The notes under the pieces were generated by a model. It did not search any database. It was not told the origin of the DNA and saw only the letters and a list, made by a program, of their open reading frames with translations. From assembly GCA_036504215.1 (NCBI GenBank), contig DASXVO010000021.1, positions 80,428 through 144,427 of the forward strand: a stretch of 64,000 nucleotides of DNA. The letters are read 5' to 3'. Made by a program: the position numbers and the translations under genes. How positions within the stretch are numbered: the first letter of the stretch is position 1; the number at the start of each line of letters is the position of its first letter. This DNA comes from Vicinamibacterales bacterium. Lineage in GTDB: Bacteria; Acidobacteriota; Vicinamibacteria; Vicinamibacterales; Fen-181. This document shows positions 7,912-15,952 of this stretch, in pieces.

Positions 7912-9117
7912 CTAGCTGCCGCCCCGCTCCTGGGCCTCGAGAACCTCCTGGTGGGCGCGGTCTCGGGCGTGGAGGCGCTCGGCGAGCATGATGGCGATGT
8001 TGTGGATGAGCCTGTAGGGCGCCGTCAGCTTCGCATCGAGCATCTCGTTGAATCGGTCACGGTCGATTTCGATCAATTTGCACGCGGTCGTGGCGACGAC
8101 CGTCATCGAGCGCGGGACGTGCAGCAGAAACGCCATTTCGCCCAGAACCGACCCCTTGCCGATCCGCACGTTCCACGCACTCCCGCGAGTGATGGTGTGA
8201 CGCCGGGCCTCCACGACACCATCGAGGATGAGATAGAAATTCTCCCCGACCTGCCCCTGGCGAAGAATGGTCTCCTCCGCGTCGAACTCCACGGTCCTCG
8301 CGGCTTTCAGCAGGATGAACACTTCCGCCGGCGTCATGCCGCGGAGGATTTCGAACGACTTGACCTCGTCCCGCTCCGACTCGTTGACTTCTCGGGGCAC
8401 GAGCCACTGCAGGTAGCCGGTGCGCTCGTACTTGCGGATCCGCTCCGGCAGCACCTCGTTCCAGTAGTGGCTGAACGTGAAGCCGTCGTAGTTCTTCTTG
8501 AGCGTCGTGCCGGGATCGATGAGCACGAACCGGACAGGATCGTGGAATCGCCCCCCTTCGCTCAGGACGTAGATGTTGTTCGGGCTGATCGACACCTGGC
8601 AGTCGGGACGCTTGCGGAAGAGATCCAGCAGGCGGTTCAGGAACTTCTCGAGATCGGCGAGGATCAGCTCCTGCGCTCGCGCCGTGAGCTGGGAGAACCG
8701 GAGATAGATACTGGTGATCGACTCGCCCTCGATGAGGTCCTTGACGCAAAAGCGCCCGAGCGGATCCATGGAGTGGATTCGCGGGACGACGACCCCCTCG
8801 GCCAGGAAGAACGCGGTGGTCATCGATTCCTCGAGCAGCCGCTCCCTGCAGATGGCTTGCGGCTTCGCGACCTTGAGGCAGAGACGTCCGTGACCCGGAG
8901 GGATGGCGAGTGAGTGCGACTCCAGCCTGTAGACCATCCCGCGGTCCCCTTCGCCGAGCGGAGGAAGCGGCAGGGTGAAGCGGGCCGGCCCGTAGGTCAC
9001 CTCGACAAGCGGAGCGTGCTCGGACGTCGCCCGTTCGACAGCCTGGAAGAAGTCGATCGCCGCCTCCTCCAGCTCGGGGGCGTCCAGGTTCCGGGAACTC
9101 GGAGACTCAGGTTTCAT
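7912..9117 (-). CDS. protein-kinase-like (possibly pseudokinase) domain fused to a C-terminal cyclic-nucleotide-binding domain
   Basis: Track ORF 7912..9288 trimmed to ATG 9117 (MKPESPSS). Gly-loop GEGDRGMV, LKVAKP, VSISPNNIYV, LIDPG. The C-terminal CNB has a canonical phosphate-binding cassette, GEMAFLLHVPRSMTVVA. Confidence 0.85.
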   Translation of the reverse strand: MKPESPSSRNLDAPELEEAAIDFFQAVERATSEHAPLVEVTYGPARFTLPLPPLGEGDRGMVYRLESHSLAIPPGHGRLCLKVAKPQAICRERLLEESMTTAFFLAEGVVVPRIHSMDPLGRFCVKDLIEGESITSIYLRFSQLTARAQELILADLEKFLNRLLDLFRKRPDCQVSISPNNIYVLSEGGRFHDPVRFVLIDPGTTLKKNYDGFTFSHYWNEVLPERIRKYERTGYLQWLVPREVNESERDEVKSFEILRGMTPAEVFILLKAARTVEFDAEETILRQGQVGENFYLILDGVVEARRHTITRGSAWNVRIGKGSVLGEMAFLLHVPRSMTVVATTACKLIEIDRDRFNEMLDAKLTAPYRLIHNIAIMLAERLHARDRAHQEVLEAQERGGS

Positions 9118-9357
9118 CAGCAACCTCGAAGGTCCGCACCCGTCAGGCCCTCTCGCGCCGGAGCACACCTGGACGCGTCGGCGGGACCGGAACTCGCGCA
9201 GATCCGACGCCGTCCGCGTCGAGGGTGCGAATGTGGGTGATGTCCGCGCGTCGAACGCGGTGCCATGGTAGCCGGTCGAGTACAGCAACGCAAGTCGTCT
9301 GGCGGGCCGCCTTGCTCAACCGGTGGCCGCGTGCTACCGTGCTCGGTGCGAACGCCC

Positions 9358-11103
9358 ATGACGAACGGCCCGACCAGTCCTCGCTTTCACCTCGACGTGG
9401 TTCGCGCCGGTCGGATCCTCGGGTCGTCCGCGGACCGGTTGATCGCGATCGGCCGCGACCCGCAGTGCGACATCCCGCTCTCCGATCCTCATGTGTCCCT
9501 CCGTCACGGAGAGATTTTCTTCACCGACAAGGGCGCGGCGTACCGGGATCTCAAGAGCCGCAATGGATCCGCGGTCCGCCGCGGCGCGGACACCACTCGG
9601 ATCGACGCCACGGTCGGGCACCAATTCCCGTTGCGGGATGGCGACGAACTGCGGCTCGGGAATCCCCTCGAGCCCATCGTCCTCCAGATTCGCCTCACCA
9701 GAGAGGACCAACCCGCCGGGAGCGCCCCACCCGCCGAGCACGACGACTCGCCCGTCGAGAAGCACGTCACCGGCTACAACCACTACGCGGACATCGAGAC
9801 GATTCGAGGGCGGCTGGGCGACGACAAGCGGGCGCTCCAATGCCTGTACAACCTCCTCGACCGACTGACGGCCGCGCCGGATCGCGACTCGATGCTGAAG
9901 ACAGTGGCGAGGCTGCTGTTCGAATCGTTCGAGTCGGCCACCCACGTGACGGTCTACCTGGGCCCACCGCAGGCGAGCACGCCCTCGGACCTCGTCCCTG
10001 CCGCTCGGGACGAGGACCTGAAGGCCGACCGGTTCAAGCCGGTCCTCGCGGCGGCCCGGTCGGGCCGGACCGGGAGCCCGAGTCCCCTCAGCCGCGTGCT
10101 GTTCGAGCGAATCACCATGAAGGGTGAGGCCCTGCTCTTCGAAGACGCGCTGAAGTCGTTCCCGTCGAGCGAGAGCATGGTGATCGCACGGGTGGTGTCG
10201 GGCCTGTGCGTGCCGCTACGGGACCGGGCGGGCATCCGCGGCATCCTGCAGATCGACAACCGGACGATCACCGGCGCGTTCACCGAGGTGGACCTGGATC
10301 TTGCGACGCTCGTCGGAAACCACGTCGCCCTGGTGCTGACCACTCTCGAGATGTACGAGCACGTAGTGCAGTTGAACCGCGACCTGTGCGACGCACTGAT
10401 GCGTATCCGCCTGCTCGACACCGCAAAGGACCACCTGTCGAGGTTCGTCCCTGAAGCCGTTCGGCAGATCGTGGAGAAGAGCCCGGCCAGTCCGAAGCTC
10501 GACATGGCGGATTCGGACGCGACGGTGCTCTTCCTCGACATCGGCGGGTACACGAAGCTCTCGGAGAAGCTCGATCGCGACACGGTGAGCTTCCTGGTCG
10601 AGCGGTACTTCTCGAGCTTCATCGATGACATCTATCGGCACCACGGTGACATCAATGAAACGGCCGGCGATGGGCTGATGATCATCTTCCGGTCCGACGA
10701 GCCCGTCGACCACGCGCGGTCCGCCGTGAGCGCGGCGCTCGACATCCGCCAGCGGACGAAGCAGATCAACAGGGAGGCTGAGGGGAAGACGCCGCCGATC
10801 GACGTGAACATGGGAATCAACACGGGCACCGTCCTGCTCGGCTCGCGGCGCATCCAGGGGATTGCGGGCGCGCGATGGACCTACACCGCGACGGGAATGG
10901 TGACGAACGTGTGCGCCCGGCTCGCGGCCCACGCCGTTCAAGGGCAGATCATGATCGGACCCGAGACGGCGAAGCGGGTGGCCGCCGTCACGAAACTCAG
11001 GGAGGTCGGCCCCGTGCAGTTCAAGAACGTGGCCCAACCGCTGCCCGTGTTCGAGGTCCTGGACCAGCCCTCCGGTCCGGCTGCAGGCCCGCGCGCCAAG
11101 TGA
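9358..11103 (+). CDS. FHA-GAF-class III nucleotidyl (adenylate/guanylate) cyclase
   Basis: Track ORF 9265..11103 trimmed to ATG 9358 (MTNGPTSPRF). FHA (IGRD..SLRHGE..SRNGS), a central GAF-like region, and a cyclase homology domain (VLFLDIGGYT, INETAGDGLMIIF, GMVTNVCARL) with metal Asp, Asn and Arg present. Confidence 0.9.
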   Translation: MTNGPTSPRFHLDVVRAGRILGSSADRLIAIGRDPQCDIPLSDPHVSLRHGEIFFTDKGAAYRDLKSRNGSAVRRGADTTRIDATVGHQFPLRDGDELRLGNPLEPIVLQIRLTREDQPAGSAPPAEHDDSPVEKHVTGYNHYADIETIRGRLGDDKRALQCLYNLLDRLTAAPDRDSMLKTVARLLFESFESATHVTVYLGPPQASTPSDLVPAARDEDLKADRFKPVLAAARSGRTGSPSPLSRVLFERITMKGEALLFEDALKSFPSSESMVIARVVSGLCVPLRDRAGIRGILQIDNRTITGAFTEVDLDLATLVGNHVALVLTTLEMYEHVVQLNRDLCDALMRIRLLDTAKDHLSRFVPEAVRQIVEKSPASPKLDMADSDATVLFLDIGGYTKLSEKLDRDTVSFLVERYFSSFIDDIYRHHGDINETAGDGLMIIFRSDEPVDHARSAVSAALDIRQRTKQINREAEGKTPPIDVNMGINTGTVLLGSRRIQGIAGARWTYTATGMVTNVCARLAAHAVQGQIMIGPETAKRVAAVTKLREVGPVQFKNVAQPLPVFEVLDQPSGPAAGPRAK

Positions 11104-11167
11104 GCGCGCCGCCGCCGTGGCGCGGCGTATCACCGCGACGAGGGCGGGTGCTGCGGGAGACCCGGCC

Positions 11168-12340
11168 TCAGACAGTGTCCTGGGGTCGATGGCCGGCCGC
11201 TGACGTCAGGTGAGCGTGAGCCTCTTCGAGCGTGTCGGGGATGGGAATGTGCTGCGGGCACTTCGGCTCGCACTCCCCGCAGCGGAGGCACCGGTCGGCA
11301 CCAGAACCCTCCTTCACGACCCACATCTGGTAGACCATTGCCGCGGTCTTCCTCGCGTCGAACATCGTGCTCATGTTGTACGCGGAAAAGACATCGGGAA
11401 TCTGGACGCCGTTCGGACACGGCATGCAGTATCCGCAGGTGGTGCAGGAGACCCGCATCCGTTCGCGGTAGAAATCGCGCACCGCAGCCACGAGACGCAG
11501 GTCTTCCGGCGAAAGCGCGTTGGCGCCCGCGGCATCCGCCGACGCGAGATTCTCCTCCACCTGGCTCGACGCGTTCATCCCTGACAGCGCCATCGTCACG
11601 CCGGAGTGATTCCACACCCAGCGCAGCGCCCAGTCGGCCGGCGTGCGCGGCACGGCGGCCTGTTGCCAGATCGCCTTCACCGGTTCCGGCGGTTCGGCCG
11701 ACAGCGATCCGCCCCGTAGCGGCTCCATCGCGAACACGGCGACCTGCTTCGACGCCGCGTGACCAAGCCCTGCCGTCCCCGCCTGAAACTCCTCGTCCAT
11801 GAAGTTGTACTGGATCTGGCAGAAGTCCCAGTCGTAGCCGTCGATGATCGTCCTGAAGGCGTCTGGCGATCCGTGGAAGGAGAACCCGAGATGACGGATG
11901 CGGCCGTCGGCCCTCGCACGTTCGAGCGCCGGGATTCCGTGGAGCCGCTGCACGAGGTCCCATCGCTCTGCCGACAGGCCGTGGAACATGTAGAAGTCAA
12001 TCGTACTGCAGTCGAGCTTCGTCAACTGCTCGTCGAGCAACCGCTCCCAGTCGACCTCGGCCTGGACGAGCCAGGTCGGCAACTTCGTCGCCACGTGGAC
12101 CTTGCCGCGCAGACCCTGCCTGAGCAGCCGTCCGACGAATCGCTCACTCTCGCCGTTGTGATACGGCTGGGCGGTGTCGAGGTAGTTCACGCCGCCGTCG
12201 ACCGCCCGGCGTACGAGGGCGGCCGCGAGTTCCTCGTCGATGTGCCCGTGACCTCGTCCGACCGTCGGGAGCCGCATGCAGCCGAAACCGAGCACCGACA
12301 ACCGCAACTCCGGAAACTTGGGCAACGGACGATACTGCAT
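11168..12340 (-). CDS. aldo/keto reductase with C-terminal 4Fe-4S ferredoxin-type domain
   Basis: 390-aa ORF. The N-terminus LSVLGFGCMRLP..VNYLDTAQPYHNGESE is typical of the AKR family. The C-terminus carries CTTCGYCMPCP and CLRCGECEPKCP cluster motifs. Confidence 0.9.
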   Translation of the reverse strand: MQYRPLPKFPELRLSVLGFGCMRLPTVGRGHGHIDEELAAALVRRAVDGGVNYLDTAQPYHNGESERFVGRLLRQGLRGKVHVATKLPTWLVQAEVDWERLLDEQLTKLDCSTIDFYMFHGLSAERWDLVQRLHGIPALERARADGRIRHLGFSFHGSPDAFRTIIDGYDWDFCQIQYNFMDEEFQAGTAGLGHAASKQVAVFAMEPLRGGSLSAEPPEPVKAIWQQAAVPRTPADWALRWVWNHSGVTMALSGMNASSQVEENLASADAAGANALSPEDLRLVAAVRDFYRERMRVSCTTCGYCMPCPNGVQIPDVFSAYNMSTMFDARKTAAMVYQMWVVKEGSGADRCLRCGECEPKCPQHIPIPDTLEEAHAHLTSAAGHRPQDTV

Positions 12341-12424
12341 GTGCTCTCCAGACCGACCGCCAGGACACCTTCAACGGGCACTCCTCGCGGCCGGCGCGCC
12401 GCCGACGGCGAGGCCGACCCGGGC

Positions 12425-13045
12425 TCAGCGCTTCTTGGCCCTCACGGCTATCCGGACAATCGTCTTGAGCCTGGCCGGGACCACCTTGCGCGGATCGCTC
12501 AAGTAGATCTCGTGTCCGGTGCGGTCGCACTCCAGGTGCAACTCGGCCGCCGCGACCATGAGCGTCTGATACGCGGCGCCCACGCTGTCGTACGGCCCGA
12601 CGTTCAGCACCTGCAGCGCCCGGCCCTCGGTCCACGTGACCCGCTTGACGTTCGACGCGTCGAGGTCCCTGCGCTCCGCCAGCGCCTTGCGCACGGTCTG
12701 AATGTCCGCGGCGGTCACCTCGTCGGGGATGCGCAACTGCAGGCGCCAACGCCACTGGTCCTTCGGTGTGTCCATCGGATCGTCGAACCAGAGGCACTCG
12801 AGCGGCGGAACGACGAAGTCCAGGAGGCCGGCGCCCTTGAGCGCGAACTTCGCGGTGTAGGCCATCGCGTAGAGCCTGCCGATGGCGGCCTGATAGTCGT
12901 CCCCGCCCGGCGCGCCTGCGCCGTCGATGGCCAGATACGTGCCGCGTGCGGCGCGGACGCTCGCCACCTTCCGCGTGGCTCGGTACAACTCGGAGTACGT
13001 CTTCTTGAGGTCGATCTTCTCGAGGTGGGCTGCTCGTGGCGTCAT
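12425..13045 (-). CDS. GyrI-like small-molecule-binding domain protein
   Basis: Track ORF 12425..13093 trimmed to ATG 13045, which has AGGAGA upstream. Sequence YLAIDGAG.P.....YQ.AIG.LY..AY..KF..K.....DF.V.PLE.LW and a C-terminal HEIYLSDPRK match the GyrI-like/SOUL-type fold family. Confidence 0.75.
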   Translation of the reverse strand: MTPRAAHLEKIDLKKTYSELYRATRKVASVRAARGTYLAIDGAGAPGGDDYQAAIGRLYAMAYTAKFALKGAGLLDFVVPPLECLWFDDPMDTPKDQWRWRLQLRIPDEVTAADIQTVRKALAERRDLDASNVKRVTWTEGRALQVLNVGPYDSVGAAYQTLMVAAAELHLECDRTGHEIYLSDPRKVVPARLKTIVRIAVRAKKR

Positions 13046-13158
13046 CTGCCGCTCTCCTGTTCGGGAGGGCGGGTCTTGACCCCGTACGGCCAAGACCCGG
13101 CCCCGGCAGACAGCTTATACGCAGAATGACGCGGGATGTCCAGACAGCGAACCGGAGG

Positions 13159-13491
13159 TCAGCCCTTCTTCTCTTCCATCTTCGTGGGCGTCACCCAGGT
13201 CTTCCCGTCCTTTTCCGCAACCGCGCCAGTCACGACCGCCGGCTTCTCGCCAGAGCAGGTGTGGCCGAACTTCTCGGACACCGCGTTCTTGGTGACGTAG
13301 TACTCCTTCGTCGTCCCATCCTGGTCCTTCACAACCAGGACGTCCTGGCAAGTCTTGGCATCGGCTTTCTTGAGCGCGCACTTCGCGCACATGATGCTGC
13401 CGGTCAGCGTCGTCTCGTCGGCCGCGGCCGCCGCCGCGACCAGGCCGATCACGAGGACTGCCGCAAGCGAAAACAGCGTGAACGTCTTCAT
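13159..13491 (-). CDS. small secreted Cys/His-containing protein, unknown function
   Basis: This is the 110-codon 3' part of track ORF 13159..14598. ATG 13491 is preceded by GGAGGA. Signal peptide MKTFTLFSLAAVLVIGLVAAAAAA, then the mature part with CAKCALKK..KTCQ..GHTCSG. Confidence 0.7.
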   Translation of the reverse strand: MKTFTLFSLAAVLVIGLVAAAAAADETTLTGSIMCAKCALKKADAKTCQDVLVVKDQDGTTKEYYVTKNAVSEKFGHTCSGEKPAVVTGAVAEKDGKTWVTPTKMEEKKG

Positions 13492-13638
13492 CACGTCTTC
13501 CTCCTGCCGCCGCGCATGGCGCGGGGGCGAACCGTGTTTCCTGGTATGGATCCAGCGTAACCCCTGACGGTTGCGCGAGGCAAGCGGCGAAAGCCGTGAG
13601 AGAATCGGGGTGTTCGGGAGCTTCCAAGGAGCAGTTCG

Positions 13639-14538
13639 ATGATGTGCACGCCGGCCCTTGCGTCCGTCGTCCTGTCGGTCGCCGTCGCGGCCGCAGCCGC
13701 CCAGTCGGTGTCCGCCGCCGACCCGACGCTGCGCGACCGCGTGACCGCGGTCATCCAGGCGAGCGGCGCCGAAGTCGCGATCGCATTCAGGACGCTCGAC
13801 GGCCGCGACGAACTCTTCGTCAGAGATGGCGAATCGTTCCACGCGGCTTCGACGATGAAGGTGCCGGTGATGATCGAACTGTTCCGGCAAGCCGCAGCCG
13901 GGGGCCTCTCGCTCGACAACGCGGTTCCCGTCGTCAACGAGTTCAGGAGCATCGTGGACGGCAGTCCGTACACGCTCGGCGCCGACGCGGATTCGGAGCC
14001 CGATCTCTACAAAGCGGTCGGCCAGAGGCGCACGTACCGGGAACTCTGCGAGTTGATGATCACGGTCAGCTCGAACCTCGCTACGAACATCCTGATCGAG
14101 CACCTGGGGGTGGAGCGCATCCGTGCCGCGGTGCGCGATTTCGGCGCCGATGGCATGAGCGTACGGCGGGGCGTCGAGGACAACCTCGCGTTCAAGGCCG
14201 GTCAGAACAACACGACAACGGCGCGGGCGCTCCAGGTGCTGCTCGAGGCGATTGCCAACGGCAGGGCCGTGTCGCCGGAGGCCAGCCGCCAGATGGCGGG
14301 CATCCTCGAACGTCAGCGGTTCAACGAGTCGATCCCCGCCGGCCTGCCCGCGGGGACCCGCGTGGCCCACAAGACGGGCAGCATCACCCGCATCCAGCAC
14401 GATGCCGGAATCGTCTTCCGTCCACGGCCGTACGTGCTGGTCGTCCTGGTCCGCGGCCTCGAAGACGAGAAGAAGGGGCATGCGTTGATCGCGGACATCA
14501 CGCGGGTGATAGACGGGGCGACCAATCCCAGGGACTGA
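13639..14538 (+). CDS. class A beta-lactamase-related serine hydrolase
   Basis: Signal peptide, then S-x-x-K (ASTMK), SSN (the SDN equivalent) and KTGS motifs in the canonical order and spacing. AAGGAG lies 8 nt upstream of the ATG. Confidence 0.88.
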   Translation: MMCTPALASVVLSVAVAAAAAQSVSAADPTLRDRVTAVIQASGAEVAIAFRTLDGRDELFVRDGESFHAASTMKVPVMIELFRQAAAGGLSLDNAVPVVNEFRSIVDGSPYTLGADADSEPDLYKAVGQRRTYRELCELMITVSSNLATNILIEHLGVERIRAAVRDFGADGMSVRRGVEDNLAFKAGQNNTTTARALQVLLEAIANGRAVSPEASRQMAGILERQRFNESIPAGLPAGTRVAHKTGSITRIQHDAGIVFRPRPYVLVVLVRGLEDEKKGHALIADITRVIDGATNPRD

Positions 14539-14708
14539 CTCGGACGGGAAGGCGGCCCGAGCCGAAGGCTGAACCGGCGGGCGGCGTTCCTCGTCCAATC
14601 AGACGATGACCCCGTCGCCAGGGTGCTCACGTTGTAACATAGGCGTTTCGTGGCGCGTGTCACCCGGTCGGCATCCTCGCACTCATCCTCGAAAGCGGGC
14701 AGAACGTC

Positions 14709-15926
14709 ATGGCGAGTGACTCGCAGTCTCTCGAAGCGCTCAAGATCGACAAGCGCGCCAAGGCTCCAGGCAGCGTCCCGGCGTGGCTCTGGCTCATCGT
14801 CGGCCTGATCGTGGTGGTCGCGATTGGGGGTTGGTGGTGGGCCAGGACACCGCGCGCGATTCCCGTGAAGACGGTGACCGTCGAGCAGCCGAAGAATGTC
14901 GGATCGGGATCGACGGTGCTCAACGCATCGGGCTACGTCACCGCCAGACGCCGGGCGACGGTTTCGTCGAAGGTGACGGGCCGCGTCGTGGAGGTGCTCG
15001 TCGAGGAAGGCAAGGGGGTCCGCGCGGGACAGGTCCTGGCCCGCCTCGACCCGACGACCGCTGAACGCAACCTGGCTCTGACCAGGGCTGAACTCGTCGC
15101 CACCGAGCGCGCGGTGGCCGAGAACCGAGTCAGGCTCGAGCAGGCTCGCTTGAACCTGCAGCGCGCCAGGTCGCTGCGCGCCGACGGGATCGTGAATCAG
15201 TCCGAGCTGGACAACGCGGAGACCGAGGTGCGGGCGTTCGAGGCGAGACTCGCGCTCACCGAAGAACAGGTGCACGTCGTGGAGCGCCAGGTGGCACTGC
15301 GTGAGACCGAACGGGCCGACCTGGTGATCACGGCCCCGTTCAACGGCGTGGCCATCTCGAAGGACGCTCAGCCGGGAGAGATGATCTCGCCCGTGTCGGC
15401 CGGCGGCGGCTTCACGCGGACCGGCATCTGCACCATCGTGGACATGACGTCGCTCGAAATCGAGGTGGACGTCAACGAGAGCTACATCAACCGGGTCGCC
15501 TCGGGCCAGCGCATCGAGGCCACGCTCGACGCCTATCCCGACTGGCGGATTCCGGGCAAGGTGATCACCATGGTGCCCACGGCCGATCGCCAGAAGGCCA
15601 CCGTCCTGGTGCGGATCGGCTTCGACCAGCTCGATCCCCGGATTCTGCCCGACATGGGCGTGAAGGTCGCCTTCCTCGGCGCCGAGGCACCGAAGGCGGT
15701 GCTGCCGCCGATGACGGTACCGAAGACCGCGATCCGGACCGACGGCGGCAGCCAGGTGGTGTTCGTGGTCACCGGGGACAGCCGGCTGGAACGCCGGGCC
15801 GTGCGCGTGGGCTCCACCAAGGACGACCGGGTGGAGATCGTCTCCGGCCTCTCGTCGGGCGAAGCCATCGTCACCGAGTCGCCGGGACCGCTGAAGGACG
15901 GTGACCGCGTCGTGGTCGTCAAGTAG
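14709..15926 (+). CDS. efflux transporter periplasmic adaptor subunit (HlyD/MacA family)
   Basis: N-terminal TM anchor, then lipoyl-like and coiled-coil hairpin segments (RAELVATERAVAENRVRLEQARLNLQRA) and a beta-barrel C-terminus. It is the first gene of a four-gene ABC pump cluster. Confidence 0.88.
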   Translation: MASDSQSLEALKIDKRAKAPGSVPAWLWLIVGLIVVVAIGGWWWARTPRAIPVKTVTVEQPKNVGSGSTVLNASGYVTARRRATVSSKVTGRVVEVLVEEGKGVRAGQVLARLDPTTAERNLALTRAELVATERAVAENRVRLEQARLNLQRARSLRADGIVNQSELDNAETEVRAFEARLALTEEQVHVVERQVALRETERADLVITAPFNGVAISKDAQPGEMISPVSAGGGFTRTGICTIVDMTSLEIEVDVNESYINRVASGQRIEATLDAYPDWRIPGKVITMVPTADRQKATVLVRIGFDQLDPRILPDMGVKVAFLGAEAPKAVLPPMTVPKTAIRTDGGSQVVFVVTGDSRLERRAVRVGSTKDDRVEIVSGLSSGEAIVTESPGPLKDGDRVVVVK

Positions 15927-15952
15927 GCGAGGATTCCGAAACGGAGCACGCT

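Noticed and set aside
9250-9265. Perfect TGGCAC (minus strand, 9260-9265) upstream of the kinase-like operon, considered as a possible sigma54 promoter.
   Set aside because: The -12 region reads TTCGA with the GC dinucleotide out of register (TGGCACCGCGTTCGA), so the essential -12 GC at the correct spacing is missing.
3581-11103. Reading the cyclase locus as a Pycsar/CBASS-type anti-phage system.
   Set aside because: It is not adopted as the primary call. The cyclase carries FHA and GAF sensory domains. The CNB proteins lack TIR, nuclease or simple pore-forming effector modules. No mobile-element or defence-island context is present. It is retained only as an alternative to test.
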